Of a DNA stretch of 64,000 nucleotides, positions 37,209 to 52,423 are shown piece after piece. Numbering within the stretch: the stretch's first letter is position 1; each line of letters begins with the position of its first letter. The notes beneath the pieces were generated by a model that saw only the letters and a program-made list of their open reading frames with translations, was not told the origin of the DNA and made no database searches. Source of the DNA: an uncultured bacterium (GTDB taxonomy: Bacteria; Planctomycetota; UBA1135; GCA-002686595); contig CALSNU010000004.1 of the NCBI GenBank assembly GCA_943787795.1, positions 32,001 through 96,000 on the forward strand. Reading direction: 5' to 3'. The position numbers and the translations under genes are program-made.

Positions 37209-39323
37209 TCACGCGCGGACGGGTCGGAAGCCGGCGGGCCGGAGGCTGAAGGTGGCTCGGCCCTTGGAGAGCGAGCGGAGCGACGTGGAATAGCCGAGGA
37301 GCTCACGGAGCGGGGCCATACCGGCAATTCGCCGCGCCACGGTGCCTGTGGATTGGACCTCCTCCATCACGGCCTGGCGGCTATTCAGGTCCCCGATCAC
37401 CCCCCCAGCGACCTCCGCTGGCGCGTCGACCACGAAGGACATCCAGGGCTCAAGCGAGATCACGCCGCCCGCGGCCGTGGCGCCCTTGAGGGCGGCTCGC
37501 AGCGCCGCCACGGCCGCCTGCCCCCACGCGGCGTCGACGACGTGGGCCGTCGTGGAGCGCGCCTGATCGATGACGATACGGACGCCACAGAGCGGATGCC
37601 CGGCGAGCGGCCCCGCGGTCGCGGCCTCCGCGAGGAGGGCAGAAGAGACGGCGGCGAAGACCTCAGGGGGCGCCTCGGAGCCCGCCCCGTCCGCACTCAC
37701 CTCCACGGCGCCTGCCCCGTCCTCGGCTGGCTCGAGGCGGAGCCCCACCACCGCGTCCGCTCGCTCCCCGCCGAGCGACCGGTCCACCTCGCCTGAGCCG
37801 CTGGACGCCACGCGGACGCTCTCGAGCTGAGCGACCTGAGGGGCTCCAACCCGCGGCTCGATCCGAAACTCAGCCCTCAGCCGGGCGAGGGCGACCTCGA
37901 GGTGGAGCTCCCCCATCCCCTCGAGGCCCCACTGACCGGTGCCCGGATCTTCGAGGGCCCGGAGCGAGGGGTCCTCGCGCACCAGCTGAAGGAGCGCGGC
38001 GCCGAGCGCCTCCCGCTCCTCGTCCTTCGACGGCTCGAGCAGCACGGCCACCACGGCGTTCGGGTTCCGCGGCGGCTCGAGCCGGTGGACCGCGCCCTCC
38101 GACGTGAGGGTGTCTCCACAGCCTGTGGCCACCAGCCCCCGCAGCGCGACCACATCTCCCGCCCCGGCTTGCTCCAGCTCATCCACGGCGTCGGCGTGAA
38201 CGCGAAGCACCGCCTCCACCGCCTCTAGCTGTCCGCTCCTCCCGTTCCAGAGCCTCATCCCCGGGCGGACCACCCCCCTGTAGATGCGCGCCACCGCGAG
38301 GTCGAGGCTGACACCTCGGCGCCGCCTCGAGTGGATCTTGAACACCAGCAGAAGCGGATCGCCCGAACCGGCCCCCTCGAGCGACGAGGGGGAGAGCGTG
38401 CTGCCCGTGCGGGCGTCGAAGAGCTCCGGCGCAGGTCTCTCCTGCGGAGACGGCAATAGATCCGCGATCCCGTCGAGGAGCAACGGCACGCCGTGACCGC
38501 GCAGGGCGGCACCGCAGAACAGTGGCACGACCCGACGCTCATGAGTGGCCGTTCGCAGCGCGGCGGTGAGCTGCTCCACCGTTGGGGCTCCGCCAGCGCA
38601 GACCGCCTCGAAGACGCTGTCGTCCAGATCCGCAAGCGCGTCCACCAGCTCTGCCCGGAGCACGCCGACCTCGTCCTCGAGGGCCTCGGGGATCGGCACG
38701 TCGACGCGCTCGCCGCCAGGCTCGACCCGCTGCGCGGTGCCACGGATCAGGTCCACCACCCCGGACAGCGGCACCTCCTCATCGCCGCCGCCGATCGGAT
38801 AGGCGACCACCAGAGGTCGCGCGCCCAGCTTCTCGCCGATCGACGCCGCGCAGGCGAGGACATCTGCTCCGGGGCGCTCACACTTGTTCACGAACGCGAG
38901 CGCAGGGAGGCCACGCCGCTCCACCTGACGCCAGACCGTCTCCGTCTGCGGCTCGACCCCGCGGGTCGCGTCCACCACCACGACGGCACCGTCGAGCACG
39001 CGCATGCAGCGCTCGACCTCGACGGTGAAGTCCACGTGCCCAGGGGTATCGACGAGGTTGATCTCACACCCGGCCCACCGGACTCGGGTCGCGGCCGCCG
39101 TGATCGTGATCCCGCGCTCCCGCTCCTCGGCCATCCAGTCCATCACGGAGGTCCCCTCGTCCACCCGCCCGACCCGTGGCTCGCGACCGCACAGGTGCAG
39201 GATGCGCTCGGTCAGCGTGGTCTTACCGGCGTCGATGTGCGCGCAGATGCCGACGTTCCTCAGCGCGCGGACGGGGGCCGAGCCTTGGCGGGCTTGGCCC
39301 GCTGGGTGGTCAGGGACGTCCAT
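37209..39323 (-). CDS. fusA: Divergent elongation factor G paralog (EF-G2/ribosome-recycling-like)
   Basis: [49 protein letters not shown]4 reads NKCE and the domain IV loops are degenerate. Confidence 0.88.
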   Translation of the reverse strand: MDVPDHPAGQARQGSAPVRALRNVGICAHIDAGKTTLTERILHLCGREPRVGRVDEGTSVMDWMAEERERGITITAAATRVRWAGCEINLVDTPGHVDFTVEVERCMRVLDGAVVVVDATRGVEPQTETVWRQVERRGLPALAFVNKCERPGADVLACAASIGEKLGARPLVVAYPIGGGDEEVPLSGVVDLIRGTAQRVEPGGERVDVPIPEALEDEVGVLRAELVDALADLDDSVFEAVCAGGAPTVEQLTAALRTATHERRVVPLFCGAALRGHGVPLLLDGIADLLPSPQERPAPELFDARTGSTLSPSSLEGAGSGDPLLLVFKIHSRRRRGVSLDLAVARIYRGVVRPGMRLWNGRSGQLEAVEAVLRVHADAVDELEQAGAGDVVALRGLVATGCGDTLTSEGAVHRLEPPRNPNAVVAVLLEPSKDEEREALGAALLQLVREDPSLRALEDPGTGQWGLEGMGELHLEVALARLRAEFRIEPRVGAPQVAQLESVRVASSGSGEVDRSLGGERADAVVGLRLEPAEDGAGAVEVSADGAGSEAPPEVFAAVSSALLAEAATAGPLAGHPLCGVRIVIDQARSTTAHVVDAAWGQAAVAALRAALKGATAAGGVISLEPWMSFVVDAPAEVAGGVIGDLNSRQAVMEEVQSTGTVARRIAGMAPLRELLGYSTSLRSLSKGRATFSLRPAGFRPVRA

Positions 39324-39385
39324 GGGTGCGGTGGCATCCTAGCGCCCGGGGTCCATCGAATCCCGCACCCCACCCGGTCCCTGCC

Positions 39386-39859
39386 CTAGAGCGGACCCCG
39401 GGCCAAGGCCTCGGCGTTGAGCTCCAGGAACGGGTCCTTCCAGCGATAGTCGTCGAGCAGGTACTCGACCCCCTCGTGCCCCAACAAGACGAGCGCGGCG
39501 TAGAGCGCTTCAACGGACGCGAGGCCTTCCGACGGGTCCTCGAAGTCCCGGGAACGTCGCGGATAGGCCGTCTTCAGCGGAGGGAGCCGGCGGCGGCGGG
39601 GCTCGCCGGTCACCGTCGCCGAGAGCTTCGGGAGGCGACGCCACGAGGAGTCGAGGATCAGCAGGGGGAGCCCCCGGTCCCCCGCAGAGATAGGCTCCGC
39701 GGCGGGGTCGAGCAAGACTCGCCCGCCGGCGTCCAGCGAGCGGTCCGCGCGGTACTCGGCGAACTCCACCCCGGGCGTCCCACGAAGCGGGATCAGCGAG
39801 CACTTCTTCGGAGACTCTCGAGGGTCCCGGAGGATGAGGACGTCGACCTGGCCAGGCAT
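39386..39859 (-). CDS. Tsr3/DUF367-like (TDD superfamily) putative RNA aminocarboxypropyltransferase
   Basis: ESPKKCSL, LLILDSSW, RRLP, GLASVEALYAAL and YRWKDPFLELN match, in order, the Tsr3 motifs DPKKC[ST], DCSW, RxLP, LSxVEA and FxWGxxFLxLN. Confidence 0.75.
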   Translation of the reverse strand: MPGQVDVLILRDPRESPKKCSLIPLRGTPGVEFAEYRADRSLDAGGRVLLDPAAEPISAGDRGLPLLILDSSWRRLPKLSATVTGEPRRRRLPPLKTAYPRRSRDFEDPSEGLASVEALYAALVLLGHEGVEYLLDDYRWKDPFLELNAEALARGPL

Positions 39860-39866
39860 GGCCCAG

Positions 39867-39872
39867 ACGATA
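39867..39872 (-). promoter_or_regulatory. -10 element (TATCGT) 7 nt upstream of ATG: putative leaderless promoter
   Basis: Minus strand reads ggcggg-TATCGT-ctgggcc-ATG; no SD. Confidence 0.5.
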
Positions 39873-40027
39873 CCCGCCCACAGCGCAGGCTTCATCGAGG
39901 TGACCCGTAAGAGGGCTGGATCCCCCACGGAAGGTGCGCGCGAGGCGCGGCTCAACGACGAGAGGCCGCGGCTGGAGCCGCGGCCTCTCGTGGAGTGATC
40001 CCGGCCCCATCGGGACCGCTGATCGGA

Positions 40028-40522
40028 TCAGCGTGCGAAGTGAGCGTAGGCCTTGTTGGCCTCGGCCATCTTGTGGATGTTCTCCTTCCAGGTCACCGAC
40101 GCGCCGGTGCCGTTGTGAGCGTCCACGAGCTCTTCCGCCAGTCGAAGGTGCATGGGCTTGCCCTTCTTCTTGCGGGAGTTGTCCACCAGCCAGCGAATGG
40201 CCAGAGACTGCTGGCGCGCCTTCTTGACCTCGCGCGGCACCTGGTAGTTGGCACCACCGACCCGCTTCGAGCGGACCTCGACGCCGGGCTTGGCGTTCTC
40301 GACCGCCTGGGTGAGGATGGCGACCTGCTTCTCTTCGGGGGTCTCGCCTTCAACGTCCGGCAGCTTCTTGAGCGCCACGTCGAGGGCCGAGTAGAGGATC
40401 GTCTGAGCGGTGCTCTTCTTGCCGTCCTGCATCACCTGGTTGATGATCTTGGAGGCGAGGAGCGAGCCGAGCTTGGGGTCCGGCTTCACGAAGTGAGCCG
40501 TCGACTTGAAGTTACGGGGCAT
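40028..40522 (-). CDS. rpsG: 30S ribosomal protein uS7
   Basis: DGKKSTA, EVRSKRVGGANYQVP, HKMAEANKAYAHF. Confidence 0.98.
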   Translation of the reverse strand: MPRNFKSTAHFVKPDPKLGSLLASKIINQVMQDGKKSTAQTILYSALDVALKKLPDVEGETPEEKQVAILTQAVENAKPGVEVRSKRVGGANYQVPREVKKARQQSLAIRWLVDNSRKKKGKPMHLRLAEELVDAHNGTGASVTWKENIHKMAEANKAYAHFAR

Positions 40523-40636
40523 GGTGGTCTCTGTTCTCTGGATCGATGGAAGGAGGTCGGAGCGAGCGGGCGCGGCCCGGCCGTGACGCGATGAACACGG
40601 CCTCTGGCGGAAGGCGCCGTCAGCTCCGGGGCGACA

Positions 40637-41011
40637 TCACTTCTTGGGCTTCTTCGACCCGTACTTGGAACGGCTCTGGGAGCGGCCGTCGACACCCGAA
40701 GTGTCGAGGGTACCGCGGAGGATGTGATAGCGGACGCCGGGGAGGTCGCGGACGCGGCCGCCGCGAACGAGCACCACGGAGTGCTCTTGAAGGTTGTGAC
40801 CCTCGCCGGGGATGTAAGCGGTGATCTCCTTGCCGTTGGAAAGGCGAACACGCGCGATCTTCCGGAGCGCGGAGTTCGGCTTCTTGGGCGTTTGGGTCTT
40901 CACCTGGAGGCAGACCCCCCGCTTGTGCGGGCAGGAGTCGAGGACCGGGGACTTGGAGCGCTTGATCGGCGTCTTGCGTCCCTTTCGGATGAGCTGGTTG
41001 ATCGTGGGCAT
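40637..41011 (-). CDS. rpsL: 30S ribosomal protein uS12
   Basis: [38 protein letters not shown]. Confidence 0.99.
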   Translation of the reverse strand: MPTINQLIRKGRKTPIKRSKSPVLDSCPHKRGVCLQVKTQTPKKPNSALRKIARVRLSNGKEITAYIPGEGHNLQEHSVVLVRGGRVRDLPGVRYHILRGTLDTSGVDGRSQSRSKYGSKKPKK

Positions 41012-41099
41012 CGCGTGGTGTGGTTGATGTGCCGGCCGTGGGGAGTCTCGGCGAGAGCGCCGGGTGGCGCGTCCGATCCGGTCGGCAGATCGGCGCAAC

Positions 41100-41127
41100 A
41101 GTGTACGGGGGAGATTTTGAGGGTCAA
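41100..41127 (-). promoter_or_regulatory. Sigma70-type str operon promoter
   Basis: TTGACC-16 nt-TACACT about 90 nt upstream of rpsL. Confidence 0.65.
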
Positions 41128-41198
41128 GGCCCGACCGGTCCCAGCCATCCCCCACCGGGATGACCGGCCAGGGAGGGCTTGGAGCGGGGTGGGCGCGA

Positions 41199-45560
<4,362 letters not shown>

Positions 45561-45711
45561 GGGTCGAGTCTCCAGATGGTCCGGGGTGGCCGGGGCCGTC
45601 CCTCGGGGGGTCCAGAACGCCGGGGGGCGTTCCAGGTGTGGGTGTGTTTGCGCGCAGGGGGTGCGCCGCGGGGGGGAAAGGGTCAGGCCCCTCCCCCGCG
45701 GCGCGCAGTGA

Positions 45712-48700
45712 TCAGAGGACGGCCTTCTTGTGGAGCTCCATGTTGAGCCCGAGGCCGCGGATCTCGTTGGTGAGCACCTCGAAGGACACCGGGGTACCGG
45801 GCTCCAGGATGTTGAGGCCCTTGACCATCGACTCGTAGATCTTGGTCCGGCCGTCCACGTCGTCCGACTTGACGGTGAGCTGCTCCTGCAGGATCGCCGC
45901 CGCGCCGTACGCCTCGAGGGCCCAGACCTCCATCTCTCCGAAGCGCTGGCCGCCGAAGCGCGCCTTGCCGCCGAGAGGCTGCTGGGTGATGAGGCTGTAG
46001 GGACCCGTGGCTCGTGCGTGAACCTTCTCGTCGACGAGGTGGTGCAGCTTGAGCATGTACATGATCCCGACGGTCACGTCCTGCTCGAAGCGCTCGCCGG
46101 TGCGACCGTCGAACAGGGTGAACTTGCCGGAGGTCGGCATGTTCGCGTCCGTGAGCATCCCTTCGATCTCGGCCTCGGACGCACCATCGAAGGCGGGACA
46201 CGCGCAGCGAACACCGAGCTCCGCCGCGGCCATGCCGAGGTGGGTCTCGAGGATCTGACCAACGTTCATCCGCGACGGCACGCCGAGCGGGTTCAGGACG
46301 ATGTCCACCGGGGTGCCATCCTCCAGGTACGGCATGTCCTCGCGGGGGCAGATCTTGCTGATCACACCCTTGTTGCCGTGGCGGCCGGCCATCTTGTCCC
46401 CAACGGAGAGGTTCCGCTTGGTGGCGACGTAGACCTTGACCATCTCGAGCACGCCCGTGGGCAGCTCGTCCCCGCGGCTGAGGCGGTTGACGATCTTGTT
46501 CTTCTCCGCCTCCTTGTTGTCGATCTTGACCTGGAACTCGTGGATCAACTGGAGCGAGGCGTCGCGCTTGGAGCGGTCATCGTGCTCCTCCGCAGCGGCG
46601 AGGCAGAGGATCTTCACGCGGCGCAGCTCGTCGTAGGTGGACGTGTCGTCCAGCTCGAAGGGCCTGCCGGTGAGGTCGTCGTCGATGATCATGCCCAGCT
46701 TGTCCTGGACGTCCTTGAGCAGCTGCTGCGTGTAGGTACGAAGCGCGCGCAGGAACTCCTTCTCGGCGTCACGAATCACCGACAACGCCTTGGTGCGCTC
46801 TGCGTCGGTGAGGTTGACCCGGCGGGAGAACTTGTGCGCGTCGATCACGACGCCACGGGTGCCCGGGGGCATCGTGAGCGAGGCGTTCTTCACGTCCACG
46901 CCGGCCTTACCGAAGATCGCGTGCAGGAGCTTCTCCTCGGGGGTCAGCTCGCTCTTGCTCTTCGGGGCCACCTTGCCGACCAGCACGTCGCCGGCCTCAA
47001 CGAAGGTGCCGATGCGGACGATGCCGCCCTCATCGAGGTTGGACAGGGCCTTCTCGCCGACGTTCGGGATGTCACGGGTGAACTCCTCCTTGCCGAGCTT
47101 GGTCTCACGGATCTCGACGTCGTACTCCTCGATGTGAATCGAGGTGAAGACGTCGTCCTTGACCAGGCGCTCGGAGACGAGGATGGCGTCCTCGTAGTTG
47201 AAGCCGTCCCAGGTCATGAACGCGACCATGAGGTTCTTGCCGAGGGCGAGCTCGCCGCCCTGGGTCGACGCGCCGTCGGCCAGCAGTTGGCCGGCCTCGA
47301 CCTCGTCCCCCACCTTGACCACCGCGCGGTGGTTCTGGGTGGTGCGCTCGTTCATGCCGCGGAACTTCTGCTGGTGATACTCGTCGTCCCCGACGATGAT
47401 CACGCGGCTATCCACGTACTCGACCGTGCCCGCGCGCTTCGCGAAGATGGGCATGTTGGAGTTGGCCGCGACGGCCTTCTCCATGCCGGTACCGACGACC
47501 GGCACCTCAGGGATGAGGAGCGGCACCGCCTGGCGCTGCATGTTCGAGCCCATCAGCGCCCGGTTGGCGTCATCGTGCTCGAGGAACGGGATGAGCGCGG
47601 CGGAGACCCCGATGATCTGCTTCGGAGAGACGTCGACGTAGTCGACCTCGCCCGGCGGCACCTCGACGTTGTCGCCGTCCTTACGGGCGAGGACTCGCTT
47701 CGAGAGGATCTTGTTCTTCGAGTCGAGCTCGACGTCGATGGGCGCCATGACCATCCCGGTCTCCTCGTCAGCGCGGAGGAAGTCGACCTCGTCGCTGAGC
47801 ACACCCTTCACGACCTTGCGGAAGGGCGTGGTGAGGAAGCCGTAGTCATCCAGCGTCGCGTACATCGCGAGCGAGGAGATCAGACCAATGTTGGCGCCCT
47901 CAGGCGTCTCGATCGGGCAGAGGCGGCCGTAGTGCGACAGGTGCACGTCACGGACGTCGAAGCCCGCGCGCTTCCGGTTCAGGCCGCCCGGGCCCAGCGC
48001 AGAGAGTCGACGCTCGTGCGTCAGCTGGCTGAGGGGGTTGGCCTGGTCGACGACCTGGCTGAGCTCGGAGCGACCGAAGAAGTAGTCGACCGCGCTCGAG
48101 AAGGTCTTCGAGTTGATCAGCGTCCTCGGCGAGACCGTCTCCGGGTTCTCGAGGTTCATCCGCTCCTGGGCGGTGCGGCGGAGCTTCAGGAGGCCCTTGC
48201 GGAACTCCTCACCCGCGAGCTCGGCGATCGAGCGCACGCGGCGGTTGCCGAGGTTATCGATGTCGTCGATCTCGCCGCGGCCGCCGCGGAGGTCGAGGAT
48301 GTACTTCACCGAGTTGACGATGTCCTCGGGCTTGAGGACCTGAACGTCCTCGCCGATGCCCTGGTCGAACTTCCGGTTGAGACGGAAGCGGCCGACCCGG
48401 CCGAGGCGGTAGCGCTGCACGTCGAAGAACTTCTCGTGGAAGAGCTCCCGAGCCTTCTCGATCTGCGGCGGGTTGCCCGGACGCAGGCGACCGTAGATCT
48501 TGATCAGGGCCTCCTCGTGGCTCTTCACCCCCGGCTCCTCGTGGAGCGAGTTGATGATGAGCATGTCCAGGTCCTGGGGATCGGCGTCGACGACCTCGAC
48601 CTCGGCCAGGTCGCCACCGGCGATCTCGATGGCCGCCGTCTCGGGGATCGGCATGCCCGACGGCACGAGGACCTCGCCCGTCTTGAGGACGACGATGTCC

Positions 48701-49449
48701 CCCACCGCGATGCGGTCGGTGATCTTCTTGGCGAACGCGTTGGCGGTCTGCGACTTGGTCTTCTTGACGACCTTGGTCGGGTAGAACTGACGCAGGAGCG
48801 CCTGATCTGAGCCCAGGTTCTCGTCGAGGGCGCGCAGGAAGGTGACCGCGCTGAACTTGCCGCTCTGGTCGATCCGGACGCTGAGCGCCTCCTTCTTCGT
48901 GACGTTCAGCTCAACCCACGAGCCGCGCTCGGGGATGATCCAGCACGAGTGAAGCAGGCGATCCGTCGACGCGGCGTCGATCAGGAAGTCCACGCCGGGC
49001 GACCGGTGGAGCTGGCTGACGATGACCCGCTCCGAGCCGTTGACGATGAACTCGCCGCCGCCGAGCATGATCGGGAGCTCGCCGAGGTAGACCTCTTCCT
49101 CCACGGGCTCGGGTTTGACCAGTCTGAGGCGGACCTTGAACGGATACCCGTAGGTCATCCGCAGCTTGCGGCACTCGTCGATGTCGTAGCGCGGCCTGCC
49201 CAGCTCGTAGCCGACGTACTCGAGGCACATCGTCTTGTCGTACGAGTAGATCGGGAAGATCTCCCTGAGCAGGGCCTCGAGGCCCATGGCGTCTCGAGCG
49301 CCGGAGGCAATCCCGGGAGCCAGGAACGCCTCGTAGGCCTTCGTTTGGATCTCGACGAGATTGGGCAGCGGGACAATCTCGGACACGTTGCCGAAGTTAC
49401 GAACCTCGGCGGACTGCTCGACCATACGGCCGTTGCGGTTAGCGATCAT
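45712..49449 (-). CDS. rpoB: RNA polymerase subunit beta
   Basis: [54 protein letters not shown]; start at 49449 or 49425. Confidence 0.99.
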   Translation of the reverse strand: MIANRNGRMVEQSAEVRNFGNVSEIVPLPNLVEIQTKAYEAFLAPGIASGARDAMGLEALLREIFPIYSYDKTMCLEYVGYELGRPRYDIDECRKLRMTYGYPFKVRLRLVKPEPVEEEVYLGELPIMLGGGEFIVNGSERVIVSQLHRSPGVDFLIDAASTDRLLHSCWIIPERGSWVELNVTKKEALSVRIDQSGKFSAVTFLRALDENLGSDQALLRQFYPTKVVKKTKSQTANAFAKKITDRIAVGDIVVLKTGEVLVPSGMPIPETAAIEIAGGDLAEVEVVDADPQDLDMLIINSLHEEPGVKSHEEALIKIYGRLRPGNPPQIEKARELFHEKFFDVQRYRLGRVGRFRLNRKFDQGIGEDVQVLKPEDIVNSVKYILDLRGGRGEIDDIDNLGNRRVRSIAELAGEEFRKGLLKLRRTAQERMNLENPETVSPRTLINSKTFSSAVDYFFGRSELSQVVDQANPLSQLTHERRLSALGPGGLNRKRAGFDVRDVHLSHYGRLCPIETPEGANIGLISSLAMYATLDDYGFLTTPFRKVVKGVLSDEVDFLRADEETGMVMAPIDVELDSKNKILSKRVLARKDGDNVEVPPGEVDYVDVSPKQIIGVSAALIPFLEHDDANRALMGSNMQRQAVPLLIPEVPVVGTGMEKAVAANSNMPIFAKRAGTVEYVDSRVIIVGDDEYHQQKFRGMNERTTQNHRAVVKVGDEVEAGQLLADGASTQGGELALGKNLMVAFMTWDGFNYEDAILVSERLVKDDVFTSIHIEEYDVEIRETKLGKEEFTRDIPNVGEKALSNLDEGGIVRIGTFVEAGDVLVGKVAPKSKSELTPEEKLLHAIFGKAGVDVKNASLTMPPGTRGVVIDAHKFSRRVNLTDAERTKALSVIRDAEKEFLRALRTYTQQLLKDVQDKLGMIIDDDLTGRPFELDDTSTYDELRRVKILCLAAAEEHDDRSKRDASLQLIHEFQVKIDNKEAEKNKIVNRLSRGDELPTGVLEMVKVYVATKRNLSVGDKMAGRHGNKGVISKICPREDMPYLEDGTPVDIVLNPLGVPSRMNVGQILETHLGMAAAELGVRCACPAFDGASEAEIEGMLTDANMPTSGKFTLFDGRTGERFEQDVTVGIMYMLKLHHLVDEKVHARATGPYSLITQQPLGGKARFGGQRFGEMEVWALEAYGAAAILQEQLTVKSDDVDGRTKIYESMVKGLNILEPGTPVSFEVLTNEIRGLGLNMELHKKAVL

Positions 49450-50078
49450 GAGCGGTAGCGAGTGCTGAGCGGACGAGGCAGCGACGCGGAGGGCGTGGTC
49501 AGATGCCTGACGACCGAACGGGCACGGAGAACGAGCGTGGCTCGGGTGGGGAGACGCTGATCGGGGGGAAGCCCGAACGGGCCGCGGAGTCGGGGGGGAA
49601 CGCTGCGGTGCCGAACGGAGATCGACCCCGCATGGAGACGACCGGGGCCGATACACCTCGCGCGACGCGGGGCACACCAGCAAGACTGGGGATCCGTCCG
49701 ACCTGGTAGATCGGAGGATTGGTATGGAGCGTCCCGCGCGGGGCGGAGCGCTGCCGTTGGGGACGAGCCGAGAGGGCGCTTGGATGGCGGTGGGACCCAG
49801 GATCCGGCACGCTCGCTCGGCCCAAGGGACCTACAGAACGAACCGGGGTTGTCCTCGGCGACCCCAAAGAGTAGGGACGCCGCTTACACCTGGGAAGACC
49901 TCCGACAGCCTCTTTGCGGGGAAATCCACTCGCTGCTCGCGAGAGGAGCTTCCCAGCGCAGGGGACGCCGGTGCGTCATAAAGCGCCTCGACCGCCGACG
50001 CCTCGCCGCCCCATTGGGGCAGAACGAGGCGTCCGCGGCCTGGGTGGAGCGGCCCTGGAGGGCCACCCCGGAGCCGGC

Positions 50079-50489
50079 TCAGGTGAGCTCGACGGATGCG
50101 CCCGCAGCCTCAAGCTGCTTCTGCATCTCTTCGGCTTCGTCCTTCGACACCCCTTCCTTGACGGCTTTGGGGGCGCTGTCGACGATTTCCTTGGCCTCTT
50201 TGAGACCCAGGCCAGTGATGGCGCGGACCTCTTTGATGACCTGGATCTTCTTGTCGCCGGCCGCCTTCAGGATGACGTCGAACTCGGTCTTTTCCTCGGC
50301 TTCGTCGCCGCCTGCACCGCCACCGGGGGCGGCCATGGCAACGGCGGCGGGGGCAGCAGCGCTGACACCCCACTTATCCTCGAGGGCCTTAACGAGCTTC
50401 GACGCCTGCAGAAGGGTCAGGCCGTCGAGCTGATCGGCGATGGTCTGGAGCTCAGCGTCGAGCTCGACGGTCGTGGTCTCTTCGGACAT
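50079..50489 (-). CDS. rplL: 50S ribosomal protein bL12
   Basis: [27 protein letters not shown]. Confidence 0.98.
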   Translation of the reverse strand: MSEETTTVELDAELQTIADQLDGLTLLQASKLVKALEDKWGVSAAAPAAVAMAAPGGGAGGDEAEEKTEFDVILKAAGDKKIQVIKEVRAITGLGLKEAKEIVDSAPKAVKEGVSKDEAEEMQKQLEAAGASVELT

Positions 50490-50591
50490 GGTTGAAAATG
50501 GATCGGAGGGTAGGTCTCAGTGGTCTTGGAAAGGATAGCCACCACCCCCACCGAAACAGACGGTGAGGGAGCAGGGGGCCACCTGAATGAA

Positions 50592-51131
50592 TCAGCCTTC
50601 GTCGCCGTCCCCGGCGTCGTCAGCATGGGCCTGGATCACGCGGGCGACCGAACCGGGCACCGCGTTGATGACTGTGGCGAGGCCGCGGGCCGGGCCCGAG
50701 ATCACGCCAAGCAGTTGCGCGTGGAGGGTGTCGCGGTCCGGGAGGTCAGCGAGGGCCGAAGCGCTGGCGGCGTCGAGGGCGTTGCCCTCGAGCATCCCGC
50801 CCTTCACGACGACCTTGCCTTGCTTCTTGATCTCCTTGTCAGCGAACACCTTGGCCGCGTCGATGGCGGCCTCGGCGTCGCCGTAGGCGATACCGGTGTT
50901 TCCCTTCAGGGCAGAGTCCTCGGGGAACGTGACGTCACGATCGGCGAGCACCCGCTTCGCGAGCGAGTTGCGCACCATCTTGAAGCGAACGTTCTTCTCC
51001 GCGAGCTTGCCGCGGATGGCGGAGGTCTCCTCGACGGTCAGGCCGCCGAAGTTGACGAGGACCATGCCCTCGGCTTCCTTGAACTCGTCCTGCAGTTCGC
51101 GGACGACCATCTGGTTGACGATATTCGGCAT
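50592..51131 (-). CDS. rplJ: 50S ribosomal protein uL10
   Basis: GLTV, VRNSLA, KGG, LADLP; position between rplA and rplL. Confidence 0.96.
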   Translation of the reverse strand: MPNIVNQMVVRELQDEFKEAEGMVLVNFGGLTVEETSAIRGKLAEKNVRFKMVRNSLAKRVLADRDVTFPEDSALKGNTGIAYGDAEAAIDAAKVFADKEIKKQGKVVVKGGMLEGNALDAASASALADLPDRDTLHAQLLGVISGPARGLATVINAVPGSVARVIQAHADDAGDGDEG

Positions 51132-51134
51132 GGA

Positions 51135-51821
51135 TCAGCCTCCGTACTCGATGAAGGCGCCCGGGCTCATGGTCGTCGAGACGCTGATGCGCCGGACGAA
51201 GTTGCCCTTAACGGCTGCCGGACGCATGCCCGACAGGTGATTCATGAAGGCCGACAGGTTCTCGACCAGGTCCTCGGTGGAGAACGACCGCTTGCCAAGC
51301 GGCGCGTGGACGTTGCCGCCCGCGTCGGTCCGGAACTCGACCTTACCGGCCTTGAACTCGGTGACGGCCTCGCCGACGTTCGGCGTCACGGTGCCGCTCT
51401 TCGGCGAGGGCATCTTGCCTTGGGGGCCGAGCACCTTACCCAGCTTGCCGACGTGCTTCATCATGTCCGGGCTGGCGATGACGACATCAAAGTCCATCCA
51501 GCCACCCTGAATCTTCGCGGCGAGGTCGTCAGAGCCCACCTCGTCCGCACCGGCTTCCCGAGCGGATTCGGCCTTGTCGCCCTCGGCGAACACGACGACC
51601 TTGACGGTCTTGCCGAGCCCCTTCGGGAGGGACACCGCGCCGCGAACCAGCTGGTCCGTCTTGCGCGGGTCAATCCCGAGTCGGACGGCGACCTCCACGG
51701 TCTCGTCGAACTTGGGAGCGGGGAGACTCTTGAGCATGTCGAACGCTTCGTTCGGCATGTAATGAGACGTGCGATCGAGCCGCGCGGCGGCCTCGCGGTA
51801 ACGCTTGCTGTGCTTGGGCAT
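51135..51821 (-). CDS. rplA: 50S ribosomal protein uL1
   Basis: Start [37 protein letters not shown]. Confidence 0.98.
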   Translation of the reverse strand: MPKHSKRYREAAARLDRTSHYMPNEAFDMLKSLPAPKFDETVEVAVRLGIDPRKTDQLVRGAVSLPKGLGKTVKVVVFAEGDKAESAREAGADEVGSDDLAAKIQGGWMDFDVVIASPDMMKHVGKLGKVLGPQGKMPSPKSGTVTPNVGEAVTEFKAGKVEFRTDAGGNVHAPLGKRSFSTEDLVENLSAFMNHLSGMRPAAVKGNFVRRISVSTTMSPGAFIEYGG

Positions 51822-51826
51822 GTTGA

Positions 51827-52252
51827 TCAGTCCTCCACCGTGATGCCGGAAGAGCGTGCGGTGCCGGCGATGATCCGGCAGGCCTGGTCCAGGTCCCGCG
51901 CGTTGAGGTCGTTCATCTTGATCTTGGCGATCTCCTCCACCTGCTCGCGGGTCACCGACCCGACGATCTGGGTGCCGACCTCGCCTGCCCCCTTCTCGAC
52001 GCCGGCTGCCTTCTTGAGCAGCACGGCCGCCGGAGGCGACTTGAGGATGAAGTCGAAGGAGCGGTCCTTGTAGACGGAGATCTCGACGGGGAGAATCATC
52101 CCCATCTGGTCTCGCGTGCGGTCGTTGAACTGCTTGACGAACTCGGCGATGTTCACGCCGTGCGCGCCGAGCGCCGGGCCGATCGGCGGCGCAGGGGTCG
52201 CCTGCCCGGCGGGGCACTGAAGCTTGATCTTTCCTGTCAGTTCTTTCGCCAT
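51827..52252 (-). CDS. rplK: 50S ribosomal protein uL11
   Basis: [25 protein letters not shown]. Confidence 0.98.
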   Translation of the reverse strand: MAKELTGKIKLQCPAGQATPAPPIGPALGAHGVNIAEFVKQFNDRTRDQMGMILPVEISVYKDRSFDFILKSPPAAVLLKKAAGVEKGAGEVGTQIVGSVTREQVEEIAKIKMNDLNARDLDQACRIIAGTARSSGITVED

Positions 52253-52423
52253 GTCGGTCCGTGAGCTTGGCCCCCGCTAAGGGGGGGTCGGTCCGCTGTG
52301 ATCTTGTGGAGGTCGCCCCAGCGACGGTTCACATTGAGTGAGCCGCGCGCCGATGAGGGCGGGGTGTGTTGTCGTGGAGGGGGTCCCGCTGAACCGGCGC
52401 GAACACCGGCCCTGGGAAAGAGG

